DNA of 64,000 bases from Phoronis australis (lineage: Eukaryota > Animalia > Phoronida): contig NMRA01000103.1 of the NCBI GenBank assembly GCA_002633005.1, positions 236,495 through 300,494 of the forward strand. Reading direction: 5' to 3'. Position 1 is the stretch's first letter. Every line of letters starts with the position of its first letter. The translations under genes and the position numbers were made by a program. The notes below the pieces were generated by a model. The model was not told the origin of the DNA. It worked only from the letters and a program-made list of their open reading frames with translations, and did no database searches. Of the stretch, positions 53,105 through 64,000 are shown piece after piece.

Positions 53105-54600
53105 ATAAAAATGGCCACTAGATGGCGCAAAAACATACAATCCATCCAAAAACAGGAACATGCCATATTTCATAAAAATCTGTCAAGGAACATCAGAGAA
53201 ACAAAGGAAAACAGAATAAAATGAAATTGCCACTAGTGGGCAGTGTCCGTTGGATCCGCTTAAAAGTCGTCGTCGTCTGCTGTTATCTTCATATAAATGC
53301 ACTTACTAAATTTAGTAAAGATCCTGCAGTGGGTTTAGGAGATACAACTATGGGCGCAAAACAAAAGTACCACTAGGGGGTGCCACAGTAGTCAGTCCAC
53401 CATCATCAAAGGTCATCTTCACACTGAGAACATACATGTATGTGCCAATTTTCAAATGACAGGAGTGGACGCCAAAAAGATTTGAAAACATAAAAGGGTC
53501 ACTAGCAGGTGCAAAATACCTCCATCCAAAAACAGGAAGATAGCGTCATCACACCAATAGATGCCTATATTTAAAAATTTATGAAAATCTGTTGAGGACC
53601 TTTGAAGATACAGAGTTAAACGTAAAACTTTAAAATTGCCACTAGGGTGCACAGCAGAGGTCAGATCTGTCCGAAAGTCATCGTCATCTGTAGTCAACAT
53701 CATGTGACACTTGCTAAATTAAGTAAAGATCCTGCGAACGGTTTACTGAGGAGATACAGCCATAGGCGCAAAAAAACTGCCACTAGGAGACGCCACAGTA
53801 GTCCAAATCGTCGGAAAATCATCGTCAACCGTCCTCTTTATAGCTAGTTTATAGTAAGCACATACATGCCAATTTTTACAATCATCCTTTGACCGGTTTG
53901 GTTGATAGAGGGGTGGACGCAAAAAACAGACTCGAAAACAGTAAAAATGGCCACTAGGTGGCGAAAACTACATCGAATCCATCTGAAAACGGGATGATAG
54001 CGTCATTTCACTAGTAGGTGCCTACGTACTAAATTTCATGAAAATCCGTTAAGGACTTTTGAAGATAGAGAGGTAAACGTAAAAAATGAAATTGCCACTA
54101 GGGGGCACACCGGTAGTCGGATCCGTCCGAAAGTCGTCGTCTTCCGTTGTTAACACCATATAGATATACTTAGTACTAAATTTCGTAAAGATCCTGCAAA
54201 CGGTTTAGGAGATACAGCCATAGGCGCAAAAAAACTGCCACTAGGAGGCGCCACAGTAGTCGAAATCGTCGGAAAATCATCGTCAACCGTTCTCTTTATA
54301 GTAAGCACATACATGCCAATCCTTTGAGTGGTTTGGTTGATAGAGGGGTCGCAAAAAACAGACAGTAAAAATGGCCACTAGGTGGCGCAAACTACGTCAA
54401 ATCCATCCGAAAACGGGAGGATAGCGTCATCTCACTAATAGGTGCCTATACATACCAAATTTCGTGAAAATCCGTTAAGGATTTTTGAAGATACAAAGGT
54501 AGGCATAAAAAACTAAAATTGCCACTAGGGGGCACACGGGTAGTCGAATCCATTCGAAAGTTCGGTCATACCGTCCCATCCGTGAAAGGAACCCACGTGC
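53105..54600 (+). repeat. Higher-order tandem repeat (three ~140-bp subunits per ~420-450-bp unit), each subunit with a CTCF-like motif
   Basis: Recurring atggCCACTAG, aattgCCACTAG and aactgCCACTAG subunits with shared aaattt(c)atgaaaatc / taaagatcctgc cores. Confidence 0.9.
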
Positions 54601-54735
54601 AAAACTAGCATGATACCTCAATCGGTTTTGGAGATAGAGTAGCGGATACACCCACTCCACTGTGTTGATATGAAAACTTTAGGCATTTCATGATACACTG
54701 GTAAAGAGTTGACACACGATTTTAATGTGCCCTCA

Positions 54736-55669
54736 CAGTGGCGGATCTAGGATATCACAAGGGGGGGCCAACATTTTTGTCCGGCTGTAAACATTTGCGC
54801 AAACTGAACCACGATTGAAGATGCGGTGCATAGCACCGAATGGGGGGAGGTCGGGAGGGGGGTTTGCCCCCCTTCCGCCCAGGAAATTTTTCTGTTTTTA
54901 CCTCTAAAAATCAAGTATTTTCCTTGATTCCTGAAGTATTATCCACGATCTTACGCATAGAGCGCGCGAGCGTTAGCACTACACCAACACGATTTAACTA
55001 CTAACTTTAGACTAAGAGACCTACTTGTTTATGGTCCACAGCGTTTGCGCGCGAAACCTACTTCTTTTTGTAATGCTTATTACACGTTTTGTGCCATCGA
55101 TTCTTAACAAATTTGTCGTATTTAAAATAGTCTTCAAATGCCCAAAAGACCAAATCCGTTTTTCGTGATGGCAATAATGACTGGATTGCTTTGGAAATCG
55201 TCTTAACATAAGGTTTGACAAAGAGAGTATTGCGAGTTTCTGAGTGATTCACTAAGGCTTCGATTAAAATTCCCATCTTACCAGCAGCTTCTGTTTTTTC
55301 ATCGTCACTCAGGTTCCATTTTCTTTAAAAAATGACGTAAATTTTCTTCGTTGCACAGTGGAGCAGACGACGGAAACTGAGTCGTAGTGCGCAGCGCCAC
55401 TGCCGGTCGCCTGGGATATCGCAGGAGAGCCTATACTTAGCCATAGTTCCGTTACGAATGCGCCGTGTTCCGAATTTGACACTTGAAATTGGATTTGAGC
55501 CCCCCCCAACACTAAAACTGCACACATTTAAATCTTTTTTCGTCCGTATAATTTTAATTACCAGGGTTAATTAATAAACTCAACATTTCCCTACGCTCTT
55601 ACTGTTTTTTTTTGCGGCAGCCAAGGGGGGGGGCAGGCCCCCTGGGCCCCCCCCCTAAATCCGCCTATG
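54736..55669 (-). mobile_element. Non-autonomous hAT5-like DNA transposon, copy 2
   Basis: CAGTGGCGGATCTAGG...CCTAAATCCGCCTATG; 5-bp TSD CCTCA (54731-54735 and 55670-55674). Confidence 0.88.
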
Positions 55670-56439
55670 CCTCAGGTAATGAGATTTTGCGGAACTTTTC
55701 TAGGTCACTGGAGCTGATCTGTTGTATAACTCAATAAATTAGCAAAACTACGAATTTTTGTGCGTCATTGCTTTTTGATCACTTGAGCGACACATTTTTG
55801 GTGGTTTTACGGCATCGTCTCATGGAAGCACACAGGAAGTACAATCCACAGTTCACCGTCGGTCTTAGGTGATCAGTGGCTGTTAGGGGAGACGAACAAA
55901 ACATACATTTTGGCGATTCAAAACTAAACATGATCACCATTTGATGAGGATTTCATAAATGCTATTGGTTTATGTTCAAATATGTTTGACTTAACTTTTA
56001 ACAGCACAGCCCAGTCAGGCTACTAGATCAGTACTATATCGAACAAAACTTGAGAGAGCTGGCCCTCCAACCATGAATGCCAGATTGGCTACGGGAGTAA
56101 ATTTCCCAACTTGCTGTTGGGCTACAGAATCGAACAAGTTGGGAGCAACAGGAAGACGCCGCCGTGATGGGACATCAACCCGGCGGTGGCACTGGCTATC
56201 CCCACTCCCCTCATGTGCTGCTGCCCACTCATGCTACGGCACTGACACAATTATTGGGATGTGGTGTCTTTCGTTGCTAAGTTCAGTACTCGATACCACT
56301 TACAGTACTAATCGGTTGCGCCTAACAGATCGTCCGCCCCTGCGTAGGCTCAGACGGTCGGATTTACGCGCTCATCGATTGGAGGCTGAAACACCCGAGA
56401 CTGTGTGCAAGATACACTCTATCACAGTGCTAAACGAAA

Positions 56440-56641
56440 GTTGCAGTATAGGTGGCGCTGTCTCAGAGGGTATGTGTACTAAGATTGCAAATACGGTCTG
56501 GTTTCGAGACTAGAATGAGTTTGCGCGATCCTGGTGGCAGCGTGCTGAAACCATTTGCGGCCATATTGAAGAAAGAATAAGGCGCTGTCGAGTGTTACAC
56601 TAAATAAACGACTGTATCTAGAGATTCATCAAAAATAGTTG
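56440..56641 (+). promoter_or_regulatory. Candidate promoter and non-coding first exon of the SR gene
   Basis: CpG-richer patch; YY1-like GCGGCCATATTG at 56557-56568; donor-like G|GTTAGT at 56641; acceptor cctag|g just upstream of the ATG (57660). Confidence 0.5.
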
Positions 56642-57676
56642 GTTAGTATTTCGGCTTTCGCTGTCTAGTGTTTTAGAGATCGTATTTCTGATAGCCATGT
56701 GCTGTTTCATGTCCAAATTTCAGGGAAAATTGCTTCAAACAATTTTGCAGACTTTAGCGACATCTGTGGGACTGTCTGCGGTATTCCTTTGGGCGATGTA
56801 CCGTGTTGCTGTGTGGAATCTAATCTCAAGATCGAGTGTGCTTGAACTTTGGATACACATGGAAACTTGACAATTTCACTCAAATAACCACTTCACGTTG
56901 ACAAAAATATACACGGCACTAAATCAAATTACATGTTGTTAAAATAAAGTAATTTTAACCATTCTTTTTTCAACGATCTTATTCACCAAAAATAATTGAT
57001 TTAACCATTCACACAAACCTCTAGGCAATGACCATCGCCTCTGTTGGCCCGAACCAGAGGCGATGCAGAGGCTATAGGCGCTCTGTACGCCGGAAGCTTT
57101 TCGGCGAATTATGCCTCGCATCGACTAAACCATCAAAATCACGTTGTTATAAATACCTTTTGCGCATAGAGGAACACCTCCAAGTTCAAAGTAACACATA
57201 CGCGATCTTGAGATTAAGTAGGATTCCAAGTAAATACACAGCAGTCAATGTCGCGTACTGTCTACGGTGTAAAAGGTATTCGCTCATCCAACGGCTTTAC
57301 TACTAAGACTGGTGGGGCCTTTCGTAATCAAATGGCTTATCACTGCTAAAAGACGACTGAAGTTATTTCCAGCAAAAAAATTAATTGATTAGCAATCTGC
57401 ATGTTTATGACCAAGTTACTGTCACAAACTACAAATATCCTACAAGTACAACAATAAAGATGTAATCTACAATCAAATAGTACTACTTGAATTTAAAAAA
57501 AATTAATCAAATACATGCAAAACAAAAAATAAATTTGACCTTTGCTAAAACATATTTCTCTATTTTTGAAAACGTAAGAAGGGGTCTTAGCAATAACCAT
57601 GAAATCTAGTGTAGTTTTTGCTTAACTTTGAACAGGACAACATCCATTGCATTGCCTAGGTGTTTCGGGTTAAACC

Positions 57677-57882
57677 ATGTCGTACAGAGGTGAACAAGAC
57701 GGAAAAAAGCTGTATGTGGGTGGACTTGGGGACTCTACGCAGAAACCAGACCTGGAGAAGGTCTTTGAAGACTTCGGCCCACTCAAGAGTGTCTGGATAG
57801 CACGGAATCCTCCTGGCTTTGCGTTCGTTGAGTTTGAGGACGACCGTGATGCTGAAGATGCCGTGAAAGGGGTTGATGGAAA
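57677..57882 (+). CDS. SR factor coding exon 1 (RRM)
   Basis: [68 protein letters not shown], then AA|GTAAGG. Confidence 0.95.
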
Positions 57883-60800
57883 GTAAGGAATGGTTTGCTG
57901 CTTGTTATTGTCTCAATGTTTTCAGTTGCCTTGTGAATACTGACTTCTTAGTCCAGCTAGTCCTGTCCTGAAATAAAGCTGCACCACTCTCATTTTAATG
58001 TATTTACCCACAATGCAGTAGAAGTGTATAGCACTTGTTCCGTTTCTTCACTCGAAAATCTACTTCATGTAGTCGCTATCTGATATCCTAATTATGTAAT
58101 CCAGGCAAATCTGAATTTAAAGCATTTTGGATTACTATGCTCACACCGAGAAACTGGTTAAAAAGGGGGAGAAAAGTGTGACAGTATTAGTCGCAAAACC
58201 ATGACTCAACATTATGACTCTGGTAGTTGTAAAATGATAGCTGTTTACTCTTTGGTAAAGGCAAGATAACATGGATGCGTAGGATCTTAAAAGCCACAAA
58301 TTCTACAGAATGGTTAAGTCTCCTCTTAAACACTGATTTGGTGTCATTAGATTGTCTACAATTTGGGAACTATTTCTACAACCATGCCGCTTCTCAAACT
58401 GAAAACCCTTCTTGGAAGGAACTATTTAACTTTCTGTATGATTTTTCTAATCTGACAGGAGGAAATACCATATCAGTCAATTTAGTATAACACTAATGTT
58501 TTTATTGGTGGAGAAATTGTGTTTTAGAGAAGATGGTTTGAAGTGGGTGTTTTTTATATCTCAGACTTACTGGACGAGCATGGATATTTGTTATCGTTTG
58601 AAGGTTTTTGCAAAGAGTTCAATTTTAGACCAAATTTGTTTTTGAATTTTTATGGGCTCAAAGAGGCTATTTGTCAAAGTGGAAAATCTCAAAAAGAGAC
58701 AAGTTTTCCTTCTATGCACCCTCTATCCCAATTTTTGTGAAATTATTACTTGCAGACAAAAAGGGCACAAAAGTTATATACAGCACTTATGTGCTTAACA
58801 AATATTCTAGGCCTAGGTCTGAGATGAGGTGGCAGGCAGAACTTGCTATACCAGACACTTTTGAATGGTGGAAAATTGCCTACTATGAGAACTTTACACA
58901 TGATGTGAAACTTCATTGGTTCCAATTTAGACTGTCACATAGGACAATCAGCTGTAACTCTTATCTTGTTAAAATTGGGGTTTGTAACTCCCCCTTGTGT
59001 ACGATTTTTAAGAGTGAACCTGAGTCTTTGCTTCACTTATACTGGCAATGTGATGTTCAAAATTTTTGGAACAATGTTGAAGATTGGGTTAGAAAAAAAT
59101 TTCCTGGGTACAAATGTACTTACAGTTTTCTTTGGAAACAGATGTAGAAGCCAGCCAATTCAAAATCTTGTGTCTTTGCAAGTTCCATTTATATAAACAA
59201 CGTCTCAATGGTAAACCTCCAAATTTAATTTTATTGACAAAAGAAAACGAACTATATTACTTATTCAAAAAAAATTTAGAAATGAAAATTTACAAACAGA
59301 TGGTCACAAATGCATAATCTAATAACAAGGTAAGGATATTTTATCACTCCAAAATACTCTCCCTTTTTTCAGGGGCATATACTAGTGCACTGCCTTGTAT
59401 GTTTTTTTGTATTTCTAAAAATCCAGTTCAAATATTCATTTAACTTAGAAAACTTTTCTTTCATTGAATTGTAAAGTAAGGCAAGAGAATCCCAGACCTT
59501 TGTCCTTGCATTGAACTGGGAGAATAAAAAAAATTAAAAAAAAAAATGTGGGCCACTTTCATTGTTATGCATTCCAAGAGTGCCTGACATTTTGCTAAGT
59601 AGGTCAGTCATGCAATGTATTTTTTACCTCCAAAGAGGACTTAAGAGGGTGGGCCATTAGAGTTTGTCTTACCGGTAAGTTTGTTACCAGTCAAAATTTC
59701 TAAATCGCAAAGAGGCTGTGTATCCGATTGTAGATATATGCAGGAACACTTGCATTAGCCAGATACAACAGACCCAAGAGGTTTTGCATGAAAAAGGCAA
59801 GGTTTTGCATGAAAAAGGCAATTGTTTGAAGAGCCAAGTGCACGAGCTAGAACAACCGTAACGCAGACATTGATATCAGAGTTCAGCAAAGATATGACTG
59901 ATGCAAGTTTCACTGCGCCTTCAAATGTGTATGTTAAATTACCTGCCAACGTGAGATTATATGGATTTGAACTCCGGTCATTGGTGATCAGAGCAAAAGT
60001 CCAAACAGGGTGCAAACTTTCGCAATGAGATTTCACTTACAATTATCGTCCTTTTGCTAATTTACAAAAATGATTGTGGTTACACAATATTTTCAGTTAC
60101 AGAGCATTCCACTATCAGCTTACCGAGAACAGAATGCAATTTAAGTACAACTATGCAATTGCATTTCAGTCTTGTAAAGCGCGTAAGACTCGGGCTTTTA
60201 AAGCCTGATTTGAGGTTTTAAACATGGCTCGGAGTTTTCAAACATTTCTAAAGATTTCCAGACATGACTTGGAATGTTTTAAGCATCTGGGGTGCATATA
60301 TTTAGGAATAGCGCTGACATGAGATTTTTTGGCCTATGTTGTTTTCAGGAAGTTCCATGGCAACTCACTTCGCGTAGAAGTTGCGAGGGGGCGATCTCGC
60401 GGAGGACGCGGTGGACGATGGGGACAACAAGGGGGGTCCCGTTATGGAGGTGGCGGTGGTGGCGGTTACAGGGATCGTGGCTTTGGGGGAGGCCGTGGCT
60501 CCTACGGAGGTCGTGACAACTACGGAAGTCGTGACAATTACCGGCAGAATGACAGGTGAGCTTTCGAAGTGTAAGGTGATTAGGTTTTCTAAAGGTGTTG
60601 ATCCTCTGCACATTTTTGCAATTAGTGAAATTTGTTTTCGATGCTTTCGATTTTTTCTCTTCTTGGCGGAACACAAAGATTTGGACTGTGTTTGGTAAAC
60701 TCAAGTATTGGTGAAAATTACATATTAGTTGCTGTTCCCAACGTGATATGTCTTTCTAAACTCTGTTTTTACTCAAATCAAATCAGTTTCTGTGCGGAGC

Positions 60801-63001
60801 TCAGAACATGGGTAGAATGTGTTCTACGCAGTGTCTAAGTGATGAATTCACTTTCAAATGCTGGGCGAAGTTGGCCATCAAGTATAGTGAAAACTGTCAA
60901 CTTAAAGTGCTGTAGCTGAGTGTCTAATGAAAATTGTCTCAGGTCGGATATTGAAAATTTCCTGTCATCAAGATAGTGTTTGTAATTTTTTGCAAACAAC
61001 ACCGTGGTGCTTAAAATGTTAGAAAGCAAGGGGTCAAGGCTTGGTGCATTAATGAAGTGAATTGTGCTGGAAGCTTGTTAATTGAAGCCTATTAAGACAT
61101 TTAAGTTGATGGTTTTATAATAACTACACTACTTGTGACTATTGACAGTAGTTAATATTCTGAGGAGTTGTGCTTCTTGCTGCTGTCAAAATTGTCATCA
61201 ACAGCGAGCAACATCTGCTTTAGTCTCTACCTTTTGCATCATGTTGTTTGAGAATGGCCAGAACAGAAACCAGGTTTCATTAGATGGTTTTGATTTTTTC
61301 TTCAATATCCTCATAAACATCTGGCACCTTAGTTCAGCATCAAGCAGTGAATTAACTCACTGGTCACCTAGTTTTGTTCTATACCCATGATCTGAGCAAC
61401 ATGCATGAACTGTTAAGTTGAAAAAGGCCAACTGGTCTTTGTTGTGATGTTGTTTGCAGTGCTTTGCCTAAAGATCATTTCTTGTTGGTAATCTTTGTCA
61501 CATTCTGTTTGCTTCAGTGGCTCTGTTCTTTTAAAACTTTGTCATAAGAGTTCTGTCCTAATAGATAGGCCTAATAGATAGGTCAGTGTCCTCACCTGTC
61601 GGAACTTAAAGGATTATTAAAGTATACTGTCTGCGTTTCAAGGCTTTCAAGCAATCTCCATGTGAACTGATCTTTCGGCCATAGTATGATTTCGTATACT
61701 ATATATTCGCATCACTAATTTTGTTTCTGTTAAGTCACTCGTCATAATGTAAGATGCCTTGCCATGTTGCTATGCAATGTGGCTTCTAACGAGAAATGTA
61801 AAAATTTATTGAATGATGCCATTGCGACTCAGTTTTGTGTCGCCTCTTCTACTGTCATGATTCCCACTGTGTGATTTGTGTTCGTGTGCAGACTGTTTGA
61901 TAGCCTTGATTTTGCGTTTAATGTGTATATGTTTGTATAATAAATCTGTAGTTGCTTGCATGACATCAATAACGCGGTGCCCCTACCCTGTTTCAGGTTT
62001 TCTCCACTGCCACTAAACACTGCCATCCAATGAATGTACATATTGCCGTTAATATTTCGCACGCATCTCGCGTTTTCTCTTTACGAAGTCCCAGTACCGC
62101 CATCCTGAACACAATCTCCGGCACACATGGGTTCCTGCCAGACCGCTCAAAAATGGGAGTCTTCCTACGCTACGTCATTGATGCCACCGTCCAGTGGTGT
62201 CGCTGGCGACACTGCTGCGACGCAGTCTCCTGAACTTCGGCCAACTAAAAATGCAAATCTTCACGTCGCTACGCTTAGTGGGCATGACCTAGTTTGAGAG
62301 CGTCAGTTTGTCTGGGGTCATCTGCCCACTCCTACACTTCGCTGCGCCTTCATTTTCACTCAAAACCTCACATAATATTTCTGCGCTCAAGATCAATTGT
62401 CCAGGCTTGAGAAAACTTCGCCAGCCAGCCAGCACACACCTCTCTGTCTGTCTTTGTTAGACAGTTGCATTTCCTCATCTCCAAGGTTGTACAAGCAGCC
62501 GCAGTGTTTGGTAATGGTTTGAAGTGTGTATTCTTTCGTCATCAATTTCCTTTAATGTTCATTGACTGTGTACTGCGATTTATGAAGAGAATGTGGCATA
62601 TTGATAAAACTTGCCTCGTGTAAAGATCAGGTACCCAGCTTCTAACTCTAGGGGGATTTTGTGTTTTAAGTTGAGTTTTGAATTTTTCTTTTTTACACCT
62701 TCATATTTCTTAACATGGATCGCAAGTACTTAAAAAAAATAAAGGCTGTCAAATTCAGCTGCCTGAGTTGTAAGTTGCTTCTCTTTGACAATCGTCTTAG
62801 TTGTTGGTTATCACCAATTGATACGTCACCATCATAGTAAAGACTTATACACTTATTGATACAACTATGATAGAGTCGTTGTCTGGCAACCTAATTGTTG
62901 GTGATAACCTTGTTTTGTTCTCGTTTATCTGTAAATCGTAACGTTGTTCATTTCCTCTTCCTCAGAGCCCGCTCTCCTAGAAGACATCGCAGCAAAAGCA
63001 G
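57677..63001 (+). CDS. SR-family RRM splicing factor, SRSF3/SRSF7 (Rbp1/Rsf1-like) group; 3' end lies beyond the window
   Basis: Exon 57677-57882 (KLYVGGL RNP2; [26 protein letters not shown], diagnostic of the SRSF3/7 group), exon 60349-60555 (LRVEVARGR plus RGG/Gly-rich), exon 62966-63001 ([13 protein letters not shown]). All junctions are phase 2, GT-AG. Confidence 0.92.
58050..59546 (+). mobile_element. Decayed 5'-truncated L1/Tx1-clade LINE in an SR-gene intron
   Basis: Frameshifted ORF2 C-terminal peptides (TWMRRILK; [21 protein letters not shown]; [42 protein letters not shown], zf-RVT-like), followed by AATAAA and a poly(A) tract at 59523-59546. Confidence 0.85.
60349..60555 (+). CDS. 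SR factor coding exon 2 (RRM end and RGG/Gly-rich linker)
   Basis: gttttcag|[22 protein letters not shown]...[15 protein letters not shown]|gtgagc. Confidence 0.92.
62966..63001 (+). CDS. SR factor RS micro-exon (36 nt)
   Basis: tttcctcttcctcag|[12 protein letters not shown]|gtaaaa; phase 2-2. Confidence 0.85.
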
Positions 63002-63550
63002 GTAAAAGTGGTCATTTTTGGATAATGTGTTAGTACGTAAATTAGGTACTTCTGTATGTTTCAAATGATGGCTGATTGTGCTGGGACCTGAAATCCACTT
63101 TTATCCTTATCGTGTACATTTTTAACCCTTATCCTGCTAAGCCGCTATTCAGACAACTTTCTCTGTGTGCTGAGCTAGGTAGGTCACCTCTGCTGCTATG
63201 CACTGGGCTGTTACAAAGGTCACTCAGATTAATGACCTAACATTTTTAAATTGGAAAGTTGAAGGGGTAATGTCAACTTCAAATAAAAGTAGTCTGCACA
63301 AAAGTTGTTCAGAATTTAATGGAGGTTTTCACCATATACATATCTTTACCATAGCCTTGCTGTTAATAATTCTATTAACTTTCAAACTGGACACCCTTTG
63401 TTTTTATCTGTTTTCGCACATGAGAATATTATAGGTGACACTCAAAAACTGTAATAAGCATTTTATAAAGGGAATTCATGGGACTTGCATGTTTAATAAA
63501 GCAGATTTATTGTCTGTAACATCACATCTACAAACAAGAATGTACAGTAT

Positions 63551-63700
63551 CAGGGCTCGACATAACGAGCTGCAGGTCGCATTTGCGACCTGAAATTTGG
63601 AAATGCGAGCTGAGATTTTTGTCAGCTCGTATCAAGTCGCAAAATGCGACCTGGAATTTCCAACGAATGCGAGCTGAGTTTTTACACTTCTCAACAGATA
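63551..63700 (+). mobile_element. Left terminus of a hAT-like element with subterminal repeats
   Basis: Begins CAGGGCTCGAC; repeated gcgagctg/gcgacctg motifs in both orientations; the other end is not in the window. Confidence 0.45.
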
Positions 63701-64000
63701 CCTGGCACATACAAAGCAGCTCTTGTTAATCCGACCGTTATTTGGTCGTTGCCAAATCCAAGTTCAAAACAACACTAACGAGAACAGCCCTCCCGATGAC
63801 TTGTAAGCAAGTCGCGTGAACATGGGATATGCAGAATCGATCTTCGACGCGTTTCATTGGCTAACACTTTCGGCCACTTTTGTAAATTCCCGGATTCGCC
63901 GAAGAAAGTTTCGGGCCACTGCTTAACACGTGATAAAACTTCACAAAACAACGGTGTTTCTATTAATTCTTAAGCGATCAACTTACCAAACTTTGTGGTG

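Noticed and set aside
53105-54600. Regularly spaced repeats as a CRISPR-like array
   Set aside because: Eukaryotic context, the spacers are themselves repeated, and there are no cas genes; it is a higher-order satellite.
60839-60919. C/D snoRNA-like pair (GTGATGA ... CTGA) in an SR-gene intron
   Set aside because: No terminal stem and no recognisable rRNA-complementary guide; boxes this short occur by chance. A snoscan/Infernal run would be needed.

Overview
AT-rich, intron-containing animal genomic DNA. The gene content and repeat types suggest a non-vertebrate bilaterian; the species cannot be determined from sequence alone. Most ORFs in the six-frame track are spurious. Three spliced genes can be reconstructed by hand with phase-consistent GT-AG junctions. 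(1) An 8-exon minus-strand gene (21732->8064, about 623 aa) for a secreted protein: signal peptide, Ly6/uPAR (LU, three-finger) domain, thrombospondin type-1 repeat split by a long basic/His-rich insert, PTS mucin repeat, second LU domain. (2) Bsx (brain-specific homeobox), 3 exons on the minus strand (40772->34189, 201 aa). (3) An SRSF3/7-family (Rbp1/Rsf1-like) RRM splicing factor on the plus strand from 57677, running off the window end; its introns hold a decayed L1/Tx1 LINE and candidate poison exons. Intergenic DNA holds many non-autonomous DNA transposons, hairpin MITEs, a decayed Crypton-like recombinase, a 1.9-kb element with RSS-heptamer-like (CACRGTG) ends, and a higher-order tandem array of 11 co-oriented CTCF-like motifs between Bsx and the SR gene. 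All calls were made by manual reading; no database searches were run.
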